From Epithemia pelagica (lineage: Eukaryota; Protista; Bacillariophyta), in contig OX337230.1 of NCBI GenBank assembly GCA_946965045.2, positions 2,418,001 through 2,482,000 on the forward strand: a stretch of DNA of 64,000 nucleotides. Reading direction: 5' to 3'. The notes under the pieces are model-generated. The model was not told the DNA's origin, made no database searches, and worked only from the letters and a program-made list of their open reading frames with translations. Below, one piece after another: positions 34,601 through 46,209 of the stretch; positions within the stretch are counted from its first letter, which is position 1; every line of letters starts with the position of its first letter. The position numbers and the translations under genes were made by a program.

Positions 34601-35698
34601 CTCGTCGTGGTCCCCTTTGTCAAACCACCTCTTCTGCCTCCCATCCCCATCTCTGGTACAGAGACAACTTCCTCTGAAAGTGCTTTGATGTGCAGAATGA
34701 TTGACCGTTGGGTTGGTTATCATTGTCATCATTTGTCGGTTGTCGGCATTGACTGAGGATATCTTGGCGGGAGACTTCCAAGTTGGGTAAAAAATGAAGA
34801 AACATTGCGTGAATTGGAGGGGCGCAACGACAGAAATGAGATAGTCCTCATTGAAAAGTCATAGATTTTTGTATTTATGGTTGCACGTGACCCCAGAAAA
34901 CCATTAACACCGTTAGCTGGTGTTGTTCTGTAGGTTCCAAATCAGCACGCTTGGATTAGGCGTGTTGGCTGTTGGCATCAACGCCATCTTTGTGAAGCAA
35001 AAGGTTTCAACCGTCCGGAGAAAACAATCCAAGCTCCGCCACTGTTGAGTAAGATGGGTGCTTTTCGAAATGAGCCGCCAAAAGCTCCTGGCGTTTCTTG
35101 ACGACTGAGATGGTCTTCTCCATCATGGTGGTGCTGGTGGTGAGACCCGCTTGGTGTGTTTGGTTGGCCTCTGAACCTTGTCTGTTGTAGGACAATGAGA
35201 CGCCAGCTTCGTATCTGGTGGTCCTTCCTGCCTTCCTGACTTTTTTCGAGTTTTCCCGAGACCAATACGAGCAGTAGCTGCATGTAGTGCGCGCATGGCG
35301 AAAATCTAATTTTTGATCTTGTCAAGACTTACTCTCACTCCAATAGTACATGCGACATATACGAGCCAAAAATTCTCTCAAAACGACTCACAATTTTGTG
35401 CAGGACCCCGACGACCCAAATTTCAATGGATCTGTCATCGAACCATACAGTGCAATAGATGAAGAACTGAAGTATTGCACTGAAGTTTCCGATGACAAAT
35501 TCATTGAAAATTGACTGAGTTACAGTCTGCACAAAACCGATCATTGGAATTTCCCCAATTTTGGACCTGTCGGCATCAAATTCTTATTTAACAGGAAATC
35601 TTTTCTACATCTAGGCGCGCGAGTCCATGTCGCACCTGCACCAGCATCGCTTCAGGCACGCGTTGCCAGGAAAAACCGCTCGTATTGCGGGGTGTGAT

Positions 35699-35927
35699 TT
35701 TGGACAGGCAGCCGGTCGCACGTGTGACAATCGGGTGTCGTCGTCACCCTCGCGATTGAAACGCGAATCGGTACACACCAATCTACAGTCGGTGATCCAC
35801 CATCTGGTCCTTGTCATGCGAACGAACACTACGACTTCAAAATCTGTCGACCACGAGCCAATGAAAGGAGTCGCGACGGCAAACGAGGGCCAGCCGGCCT
35901 CGAAGAAAGATACCATCAAAGATCTCG
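35699..35927. repeat. Segment D': NNT upstream region, inverted duplicate of 40263-40361 + 47230-47341
   Basis: The reverse complement matches CGAGATCTTTGAT...GAAGTCGTAG at 40263-40361 and continues after copia-2 as GTAGTGTTCGTT-GCATGACAAGGACCAG...GCTGCCTGTCCAAA. Confidence 0.92.
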
Positions 35928-36085
35928 TCTCGTCGTCGTGTCGCCATCATCAGCCTCCATTTGCAAGAACACCGTTTCTCTCTCCACGAAAACGAGAATC
36001 TTGTACGAGAGACAGAACACGCTCGGTTCTCTCATTACACAGCCTCCAACGAGAAGACAACCTAAAAAAACAAAAGATTCAAGCC

Positions 36086-39000
36086 ATGAAGGTGTCCCTC
36101 ATCCATGGCCACAGCAACCTGTGGCTATTGGGTGGAACCTTGCTCGTGTGCCTAGTGGTCGATCCCTCTACCGCCTTGGCACCACCTTCCACCCTTTCCC
36201 GAACGGCGGCGTCATGGATCGCGACGCCTCATCATCTCAATCCTCGCATCTTGTCGTCCAAACAAAACAACAAGGCTCGAGGATCTTTGTATTCCGTGGT
36301 TCCCGAACGCCAAGAGTCCCTGTCTCCAGATGACAGCAAACAAGAGGAAGAAAACGAAGAAAGTAAAGTTGCGGTCGACCCCGACAAGGTTGTCTTGGAA
36401 TCCTTGTTTGAAGACGAAACCTCTTCCACGCTCTTGTTGGGGGAAGCCATTCCCTACAAGGACTTGACCATTGGTGTTTTGAAGGAAGACTTTGCCGGAG
36501 AAAATCGAGTCAGTCAAACGCCCGATTCGGTCCAGGGTCTCGTCAAGGCTGGATTCACGGTCGTTGTTCAAGCTGGAGGTACGTTTGTTCGAGCATTCCA
36601 CCAAACGTTGTTTGTTGATTTGCGCTTGTACAGTTCACATGTCTCTCTCACACCAAATCTCTGTGTGTGCGATGAATGATTCCAATCTCCATCCATGGTT
36701 GTGGACCGACCGTCAATGTGCTTTCCTGTCGAACAATGATACATTCTAAAAAACCAACCTTTCGGATTATATATCTTGCTTGAAACAATTACGAACACTC
36801 ATCGTCAACTCTCTTTCGTCGATCTACGCAGCGGGTGAAAAGGCTGGGTTCAGCGATGCTGCCTACGTCGATGTCGGTGCGGTTGTCTTGCAGGGAGAGC
36901 ATCAAATTTTTCAAGACGCTGACATTTTTACTCAAATTCGTCCTCCCTCCATGGAGGTGGTAGCCAAATTGGCAGGCAAAACATTGGTGAGCATGATCCA
37001 GCCCGCCTTGCATCCTGAGGTGTATGAGACCTTGACCGAACAAGGTACCAATGTCTTTGCTTTGGATTGTGTGCCTCGATTGTTGAGTCGAGGACAGGCC
37101 TTTGATACCCTGTCCAGTCAAGCCAATATTGCCGGATACCGATCCGTCGTGGAAGCTGCTCAAGCCTTTCCCCGTTTCTTGGCCGGTCAAATGACGGCCG
37201 CGGGGAAAGTTCCTCCCGCCAAGGTGTTGGTCTTGGGTGCCGGAGTGGCTGGATTGGCAGCCATTCAAGCCGCCAAAAACATGGGTGCCATTGTGCGAGC
37301 CTACGACGTGCGTCCTGTCACCAAGGAACAGGTCGAATCCATGGGTGCCACGTTTTTGGAAGTCTCCTACAAGGAAGATGGAAGCGGTGCCGGTGGCTAT
37401 GCCAAGGAAATGAGTGAGGAATACAAACGTGCACAAGCCCAGCTCATGTTGGAACAAGCCAAGGATGTCGATATCATTATAACGACTGCCCTCATTCCAG
37501 GTCGCAAGGCACCCGAATTGGTCAGCAATGAAATGTTGTCCTTGATGAAACCAGGATCCGTCTGTGTGGATTTGGCAGCAGCCAATGGAGGCAATGTGGC
37601 ACAAACGCAACCCGATGAAATTGTCACCACCGACAATGGCGTCAAGATTATTGGATACACCGATTTGCCTTCGCGGTTGCCCACTACGGCAAGCAACTTG
37701 TTTGCCAACAATGTCGCCAAGTTTATTCTCAGTATTGGTCCCCAAACAACCAAGGAAAAAGGTATCTTTCAAATTGACCTTCAAGATGACGCGGTTCAAA
37801 ATATGCTGATTTCCTACAATGGACAGGCTCGATGGCCCGATGAAATTACACCCTACACTCCACCTCCTCCACCCAAGTCTGCCTCACCACAAGAAGAGGA
37901 GACTCCCTTGTCGCCCGAAGAAATGTTGGCCTTGGCCAACGAACAACAAAAGCAAGTATTTGTTCGCAACACTGGAATGGCGAGTCTGGCTGCCATTGCA
38001 TTGGTCGCCTTTGGTTTCACCGCCGCGTCCGGATCCGACGGCACCAGCCATATGGACAGTGTTCATTTGTTGTCCACCTTTGCCTTGGCCGGAATTGCTG
38101 GGTATCAAGTGATTTGGGGTGTGGCCCCTGCCTTGCACTCTCCTCTCATGGCCGTGACCAATGCCATTAGTGGAATGACGGCCGTCGGGGGAATGTTGTT
38201 GTTGGCCAGTGGTGGTGGGTCGGAAACACTTATCCCGGACTCACCGGCTCATTGGATGGGGGCTATCGCCACTGCACTGTCCTTTATCAACATTGCCGGA
38301 GGATTCCTTGTGTCAGGAAAAATGTTGGATCTTTTTCGCAGACCGGACGATCCTCAAGACTTTTTCGAATTGTATGCCGCTCCTGTGGGTATTGTCTTGG
38401 CTGGTTTGGCCGCTGCAGCCTTCACAGCGACGGCTGGTGGAGATCCAAGTCTGGAAACCATGGCTGGTGCAGCAGCGGTAGCCTCGGCGATTTGTTGTAT
38501 CGCAGGAATTGCTGGATTGGCCCACCCCGAGAGTGCTCGTACCGGCAACGTGTTGGGAATGGCGGGTGTCACCTTTGGGTTGGCCGCCACTACGGCCGAA
38601 ATGTCGGTTATGCAAGGAGGACCTGTTGCGCAAGCTAGTATGACGGCATTCGAACAAGTCGGTCTCCTGGGAGGATTGGGAAGTGCCGTTGGTGCTTCTG
38701 TCGCATCCAAGGTTGGTCCCACGGAACTCCCACAAACGGTGGCGGCCTTTCACTCTTTGGTTGGTTTGGCGGCCATGGCGGGAGCGGCCGGTGAATTTCT
38801 AGGTGCCCCTGGTGGTCATTTGGCCGTTGGTACCCTTTCTGCCATTTACCTGGCCACGTGGATTGGAGGAATCACTTTTGCCGGGTCGGTGGTTGCTTTT
38901 GGCAAGCTTGCTGGATTGCTCAAATCTGCTCCTCTCCAATTGCCATTCCGCGATCCCCTCAACCTAGGTATGGTCATTACCAGTGCCTTGGGAATGGCTG

Positions 39001-39914
39001 CCTTTTTGAACCCAGGCCTTCTTGGTGCGCTGGGCGGTGACGCCGCTTCGGCGGTCCAACTCGGTAGTCTGGGAATGGTTGCCGCCCTCTCGTCAGTTCT
39101 GGGATGGCATTTGACGGCGAGCATTGGTGGTGCTGACATGCCTGTGGTGATCACCGTGTTGAACTCCTATTCAGGCTGGGCTCTCTGTGCAGAAGGCTTT
39201 CTTCTCAATAACCCTCTTTTGTCCCAAGTTGGTGCATTGATTGGATTTTCCGGTGCCATTTTGACCTGGATTATGTGCGAAGCCATGGGCCGTGATGTCG
39301 TTTCCGTCATTTTGGGAGGCGCAGGAACATCAACAGCACCTGCTATTTCTGGTGACGAGAATGCCATGATTCCTGAAGGAGAGGTGACGACGACTACCAC
39401 CGACGTGGTCACGCAAGCACTCCTCGACGCCAAGAATGTGATCATCACTCCTGGTTATGGACTGGCTGTAGCTCAAGCACAGTTTGCCATTGCAGACATT
39501 GCAAAGGACCTGAAAGCAGTGGGAAAGAATGTCCGATTTGGAATTCATCCAGTGGCAGGACGCATGCCCGGACAATTGAATGTCCTGCTGGCCGAAGCCG
39601 GTGTACCATACGATATGGTGTTTGAAATGGAAGAGATCAATCCCGACTTTGATAGCACGGATGTGACGCTCGTTATTGGTGCATCCGACACGGTGAGCAG
39701 TGCGGCTGAGGACGACCCCCATTGCAGCATTTACGGCATGCCTGTTCTTCGCGTGTGGAAGAGTGGACAAGTCTTTGTCCTAAAGCGTTCTATCGGCAAT
39801 ACAGGTTATGCTGGAATGCAGAATCCAATTCTGTTCAAGGACAATACACATGTTTTGTTGGGAGACGCCAAGGACAGTTGCGAAGCTCTTCGCACAGCCA
39901 TTCACAGCGCTTAG
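36086..39914 (+). CDS. NNT: Proton-translocating NAD(P) transhydrogenase, fused alpha-beta (dI-dII-dIII), 2 exons, 1191 aa, with bipartite presequence
   Basis: Exons 36086-36578 and 36832-39914 (GT-AG intron; [13 protein letters not shown]). Motifs IGVLKE...[69 protein letters not shown]. Confidence 0.97.
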
Positions 39915-40129
39915 GAGTAGATACGATATTTAAATGGATATCTACATCTTCGTCATGTAGGAGGTAAAATGGATTGTGTCGCAAAGAACACAGTTGCTAT
40001 GAAAATGACATTTTCACTCTAATCGGACATAATGGTAGTAGTTTAAGTCCTAACTAGTGACCACAACTGCCCACGAAAATTGGAAGATACACAGTGTCTA
40101 TGTTGTCGTTCAGAATCCTTGGGAGATGC

Positions 40130-40260
40130 CATCATGCATTGGAAATTTGGCGCAGAAATGCCCTCATTGAGAGGAAAGCCGGCAGTTTGTCTGCCGATAT
40201 CTACACCCGAATGGTTCATAAAAACGATCAAAGACAACACAAGTCCAAAGTGTTTTTCTC
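40130..40260 (-). pseudogene. PEX11: PEX11 3'-end fragment within inverted duplicate B'
   Basis: REKHFGLVLSLI..NHSGVDI.RQ..GFPLNEGI matches the PEX11 C-terminus at 12479-12672, with deletions. Confidence 0.88.
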
Positions 40261-40643
40261 GGCGAGATCTTTGATAGTATCTTTCTTCGAGGCCGGCTGT
40301 GCCCCCGTTTGCCGTTGCGAATCCTTTCATTGGCTCGTGGTCACAGATTTTGAAGTCGTAGTAAGAAAACCCGTCCGTTGGGCATACGGAGCACCGTCAT
40401 GGGTGCACGGGTACAAAAGTCATTCCAAACAAAGAAGTGAACTAAAATATAGGTTACAGAGTCACTACTCCCTATCTTCTCGATTTTCATACGTACGACA
40501 GACATACTTTCTTAGTCCCCTCAAACAGTACTCGATTCCTTTGAGAACTGTTTGCCATCCCAGTAGTAAGTGTATTCGGGCCAACTAGCCCAGGAAACCT
40601 CAAGACCTGCACAAAACCTCATAAATAGAGATGAGGAAAGGAC

Positions 40644-43600
40644 TCACTCTGGGGATCCATGATCATCAGTAATATCCCAAAGGACCAGACCCAACAAATG
40701 ATTGCGTTTCTGTCCTCCTGGAATCACCTTGGTGGCCAAATCGGCTGGATTATGCTGTGTGGGAATATGTGTAGTCAACAATTCACCCATGGCAACAGCT
40801 TCTCTGACAGCATGATAGCAAATAGAATTGGACTTCTTCTTCAGCGATGATTCCGGTTTCGATGTATTATGAATCACGGACATGTTGTCACCATAAACAT
40901 ATGTAGGACCAGACAACGGCACTCCCATCATCCGTAATTTGTAGCGTAGTCCCCTGACGGCCTCCATGCCCGTCTTCATTGCGACAAACTCAGCTCCAAA
41001 AACGGATGTTTCGATGGTCGCTTGTCGCTTGGTATACCACATAATAGGTGCCATATTCATAAAGATGAAGAATCCAGTTCTAGATCGCCGTACCATCTTG
41101 TCACCAGCATGATCCGAGTCAACATACAGCCGCAGATCCACCTCTTTACCACGTGCCTTTGGTGCATTCGGTGGAACTGCCTCCTTTACATCGCCGTAGA
41201 ACTCCTTCCAGTCGCAATCTTCACGAAATTCTCGGAGGTCTATCTCGGGATAGGTCGGATCAAATGCCATCCTGGCATTGTGCTTGATTTTCAAATAGGA
41301 ATACATATGGAATACTGCTTCCAAATGTCCTTGTCGTGGACTTGCCACTTGGGATGCTAACAATGATGTTTCGGTCATGATATCCACCCTTCCCAGTTCA
41401 ACCATCCATCTGAGGACGCCAATCTGGGACTGGTAGAATGACACCTCGTCCACATTCAGTTGATCTGTCACGTCAAGAACTGGGTCATATTCTGATGGGA
41501 ACGGAGTCGCCGCGCGTTTTGCAAGCTTGCGGCCGTTCCAAATACGTCTCAACATTCGAAACAGCTTCTTGTACATACTTGCTCGAACTTATAGCCCAAC
41601 TGACAACGGAATTGGGCATGGTCATGGGCTTAAGCTTCCCTCCAAGGTACATGTCAGGATTTCCGATCGAGCCCGGCTTCATAGGGAAGAAATGATCTAA
41701 CTCGTGTAACATCGCAGCCGCATCATGCGATATAGCCAAGACATCGTCTACGTACAGCAATACATAGGCGTAGTACTTGTGACCGTCACTCGGACGTGTC
41801 ATAGGCTTCATCCACAAGTCTCGATCAGCACCCAAGCACGGATCGTACCCAAGAGTTCTCATACAACTCGCAAGGTGGTTGCGGAAGCTTGCACCGGCAC
41901 TCTTTAACCCATACAACGCTCGTACAATATATGCACGCTTCCCAGCGTTGGACCCGAACTCGGGGCCCAGTACAGTCCAGATTTTCTCACTGTTCGGCGC
42001 AGTTAAATAAGCATTCTTGATGTCGGACGTTTTAACCTCTAGGTCGTTGAGAGCGGCAATAGTGAGGGCAATACGAACACTTTCTCGAGATACAACACTG
42101 GCATAAGTCAATGTTGCTGGTGCCTCTGTTGTGTGTCCGCCCGCTACAAACCGTGCTTTTCTCCTGAAATCTTCCATTTTTACGTCGAAAACCATGTGGC
42201 ATCGGATCTCCTGGAAGCCAGGAGCTGGTTTCTCGTCGTCTTCCATCAACTTGAACGCCACTCGAACAGCTTCCATCTCTTTCTCGATGGCCTTTCGCCA
42301 CAAGTCGTTGCCGTTCCTTCTGTCAAGTTCGTATGCTTCGGCAACAGTCTTGGGGATTTCGATCCCAAACTTGTGCGTCCGCTTGTGGTAGCGGCTATTG
42401 ACGGCGGCGAGTATCCGATCTCGTCGTCGGAGGAATTTATTCACCCACCAATCAAACGCTGGCTCATTTTCAATCTGCTTTGCGACGGCGTACTCCGCCA
42501 CTTCAATCGGATTTGATTCCTTCAGTCCAGCCAGGCGTTCCCAGGACGTTGACCCGTCGCGCCACTGGACGCACAACTCCCACCCTTTCGTCGTCTTCTT
42601 CTTGTGCTTCCGCCCTCGGACAACGACATGGCGGTTATCGTGGTCGACAGCGGCTTTGGTCTTGCGATGATCAACGATGCTGTCCAGCAACAAGAATTGG
42701 TTTCCCTCAGCATCGCACTGCGCATACATATTTTCCGCGATGACGTTCGCGGCATACTCTGACGTCTCGCCGTCTGGAAACTCGACAACATATACTCTCG
42801 AGTCTAGAATCGGGTTGTGGGACGACGTCCCCTTGAGACGGCCATCACTGGTCTTGGACCGTCTTTTCACCTTGCCCGTCACCATTGCATCACCCTTCGG
42901 CAACAAGACGTCAGCTCCAACGTAGTTGTCGTAGGTGTCTGGTGTGATGTCATCAATGTCGGGTGCAATCGGTGGCTTGGGGTCATCGTCGTCTTCATAC
43001 GCCTCGTAGGTCGGCGTTTCCACATCAACTAGACCATCGTAGTCTTCGATTTTAGCTACACCGCCTAACTTCTCGTTGACCTTACTCGTGTAGTCTTTCC
43101 TCTTCTCTATTTCAGTCGGGTCACGGATTTCGTCGTCCGTCAGATGTCGGTAGGTCGAGCGAATCTTGATCATTCCTGACTCGGCTAGGATCTTAATTGC
43201 ATGTGCGGGTCCCATGTCCGTCGCAGGACCTAGGTACCTACCCAGTTTCTCCTTGTCTTCCGGGTAGTTGGCCGCTGAGTCGTAGTAATAAACCCAGTCG
43301 TACCACCCATATCCAGCCAAGAGTGAAATGTCGAAGGTCTCCCCGTACATTGCCGTTTCCGGGACTTGACCTGACAGCTCGAAATTACTATGACATGTAG
43401 CCGATCTGATATAGGCTTCCAACTCGAGGCAATGATCCCACAATACCTTAGGAGATTTAGTTGAGACCATTTTCCGTCCAGTACCACGCTTCAACTCCCT
43501 AATTGCACTCTCAGCCGCATTTGCCCATGGAGTATAGGGCTCCAACTGTTTCACTCGACAACCAGCCTCTCTAGACTTCTTCCTGAACTTGCCCTTGACC

Positions 43601-44700
43601 TGTTCCGCGGCACCGTCCATGATTAGTTCCGGTGGACGGCCTTCCCTCTGGAGCAACAACGACAAAGCTTCGTGTGCATCGCCTTTCGAGGCCAGAGGGT
43701 ACGCTCTAGTCCATCCATTCCTTGCCGTGAAGACTTGGGCACAAGTATTACCCAGCCTAGACTTCACCTTCGAAAACATAGTGTCCGTGAATAAGGGATG
43801 AGGCAATGGCCGGTATCGGTGAAACCGGTCGTTCGTCGTGAACCTCTTGGTCAGAGGGTTCAATGTGGTACGTAGACCACGTTGCGTCGTCACTCGAAGG
43901 GTATCCGCTGCACGTTCCAATCCACATCCCCATCGACGTGCCAAAGTCTTGGCATCGATAGCTTTTCCAGAAGGGGTAGTTTGTGTTACGGAAAGAGTCG
44001 CCACGCGTGCTTGCAGGGCAGTCGCGAAGCATGCGGTTTCCGACGATCGCGAATCAGAAAGCAAAGTCGTGAAAGGGTCATTGGGTCCCCTTGAGCGAAC
44101 GGTGGAAATCGATCGTTGGAGGGCCGCTCGGGCCGACATTTCATCCCGAGCGAAAGAGTCATTCTGGGGGTCCCACGGCGGGTCAGGACTAGTCAAATCA
44201 AAGCGACGTTATGAAGCATATTCATCGGAAGTGGGGGTCCTTGTAGGGAAATAGGAAGTGACACCACATAAATCAAGGGGTATCACAAAATCCTCATCGT
44301 CCTGATCTTTCAGGACCAGTGCGTGTGTCTTATTGTCGGGATTATCGGTCAAGAATTTCGGTTGGTCCGAAACTTGCACGTCATTCATCCACAACTGCAT
44401 AGGGCACAGGAGGTTGTGAGTAAGCGATGGTATATAAATGGCCTGGTTCACGAGTAGGATCAATACTTCACCGGTATCGGGGCAATCATAAGCTAGAGCC
44501 GCACTTATAGTCTTGCAACTCTTGTGAACCACGCCCTGAGAAGAATCATATCCCTTGACATCCACAGGGCGGCCATAGTCCTGTACAACCATCGCAGACC
44601 TTCCAACAACACACGTGTCCGCATGACTATCAAGCTCGGTACGAGACTCGCCCTCGTCGGACGTGTCAACCGCACCGACACGCACTGAGCGGACCACCGC
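40644..44700 (-). pseudogene. Pol of copia-2, in frame with gag after a UGA; internal TAA at 44209-44211 and a frameshift near 41540
   Basis: Protease TELDSHADTCVVG; integrase TDTMFS / LIMDG / ANAAESAIRE; RT CHMVFDVKM, RALYGLK, YVDD; RNase H YVDSDH, VFGAEF, YGDNMSV, NPADLATK. Confidence 0.92.
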
Positions 44701-46209
44701 TCATTTTCGTGATTTCTTCTGGCGGGTTAGCGCCGGATTGTCGCGATTCGACTCGGGCTTGCGCTTTCCCGCAGGCTTGGCATCATCATCAGAACTATCG
44801 GACGATGAGTCATTGCCGCTGGCTCGAGATGGATCGCGCAATGGTGGCAAGCTCATTGAATTCTTCGCGAGAGCGGACAGGGCAGCGATGTTCCTCTGAA
44901 ACTTCTTGGAAAAGAGCTTCATCTCTTTGGGCTTGCTGGAATCGCCCTTGCCCGTGCGATTCTCCCGCATTTCCTTCAACTTCTTGCGCTGGGCGTGAGA
45001 AAGCTTCTGGTATTCGTCTTTCTTATAATATCGGTCTTCTACACCGACACTAGCTTTCCCCCCAGACTTAGTCTTACCAGAATTAGAATCAGTCTTGGTA
45101 CTGATACTCGATACTTGAGACTGACTAGCCGATGGGCGCTGTGCTAAGAAATCCTTAAACAAGGAGACGGCACGGGTGAAATCGGCTTGTAGGGAATCAT
45201 CCGACATGATTCGCGTCTTCACCGCTTGAAATTGGTCGGTCTTGATTCCGTCCATCAGATGCCGAACCTTAGAACGGTCATCGATGCCAGGATGTACGCC
45301 CTGCTGGCGTAACCCTTCTAAGATCGCGTGCTGATTCACGTGAATCTTACAGTATTTCTCGAAGTTGAACCGCTTATGTTCACCGTTGTAACTCGTGTTC
45401 ATAAGTTTCCGTTCAGCTTCGTTGGCCAAATTGTTCGCGTTGTTCGGCCCTAAGTAATGGTCAAACAAGGCTTGATAAGCCGCTCGCCCGTCGCGATTTC
45501 GGCTCGCCTTGCGGATGTAGGTAGAACAATCCATCCGTTCACACATAGCGGACAAGCGGATCCAAACCTTGGCCCGATCCTGCAAGTACTGACGGGTAAA
45601 GCCGTCGTTCGGTCCGTTTCCAACACGGTGACGAGCGCGTGCGATCATCTCAGCCTCGTCGGACTCAAATCCACCTTGCGGGTCAGCTCCGGGGAATTCG
45701 TCCGTCCGTATCACATACGCCAAAGGTATACCGGACGTGCCTCGGCACTCGGCGAAATACTCCTTAATCAACTCGATGTTCCGCGGCCAATCACGATTGT
45801 CGAGCTCGGGTGCTTCCGGATCATCGTGCATGGTCTCATATTCTTTGAGGTCTCGCATAGGGCGAATGTTCGCCATCGTCAAATCGTTCGGCGTGGTGGC
45901 CCGATCGATGCGGATACGGTGGCGGACAAAATAACATGCCAACTTGAGATTCGTCTCGGCTAGGATAGAAACTTCAAAGCCTGGATTAGGGACAGGCGGC
46001 GGAGCTGCCACTCCTGCCGCGGCGGCAGGAGGAGCTTGGACACCACCGGGGCGACGGACGGCCTTGCAGAGATTGATGACGCCGTCGTCGTCCAAGTCGC
46101 GAAGATCTTCGATCGAGGAGAGTCCTTGGCGGTCCACAAGGTACTGGGATGCCGGGTTGGAGAACTGGAGGCGGATGAACGCCTGACGCATTGCAGCTGG
46201 AGCGGCCAT
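44701..46209 (-). CDS. Gag of copia-2 (502 aa)
   Basis: Intact ORF from MAAPAAMRQ containing RRPGG, RDWPRNIE..EYF...GTSGIPLAYVIR, RDGRAAY.ALFDHYLG, FEKY and EDRYY..EY..LS, ending KKSRK-TGA. Confidence 0.85.
   Translation of the reverse strand: MAAPAAMRQAFIRLQFSNPASQYLVDRQGLSSIEDLRDLDDDGVINLCKAVRRPGGVQAPPAAAAGVAAPPPVPNPGFEVSILAETNLKLACYFVRHRIRIDRATTPNDLTMANIRPMRDLKEYETMHDDPEAPELDNRDWPRNIELIKEYFAECRGTSGIPLAYVIRTDEFPGADPQGGFESDEAEMIARARHRVGNGPNDGFTRQYLQDRAKVWIRLSAMCERMDCSTYIRKASRNRDGRAAYQALFDHYLGPNNANNLANEAERKLMNTSYNGEHKRFNFEKYCKIHVNQHAILEGLRQQGVHPGIDDRSKVRHLMDGIKTDQFQAVKTRIMSDDSLQADFTRAVSLFKDFLAQRPSASQSQVSSISTKTDSNSGKTKSGGKASVGVEDRYYKKDEYQKLSHAQRKKLKEMRENRTGKGDSSKPKEMKLFSKKFQRNIAALSALAKNSMSLPPLRDPSRASGNDSSSDSSDDDAKPAGKRKPESNRDNPALTRQKKSRK

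Noticed and set aside
34620-35560. Ankyrin-like or other gene fragments on either strand
   Set aside because: Only a weak LLLHKDGVDAN resemblance amid stops; insufficient evidence.
35627-36085. N-terminal extension of NNT from ATG 35627
   Set aside because: It runs through the duplicated upstream segment D' and would bury the clear signal peptide starting at 36086; treated as a chance open frame.
36789-39770. Long antisense ORFs opposite NNT, copia gag/pol and the 860-aa gene
   Set aside because: Shadow ORFs expected from codon bias on the coding strand; no independent motifs.
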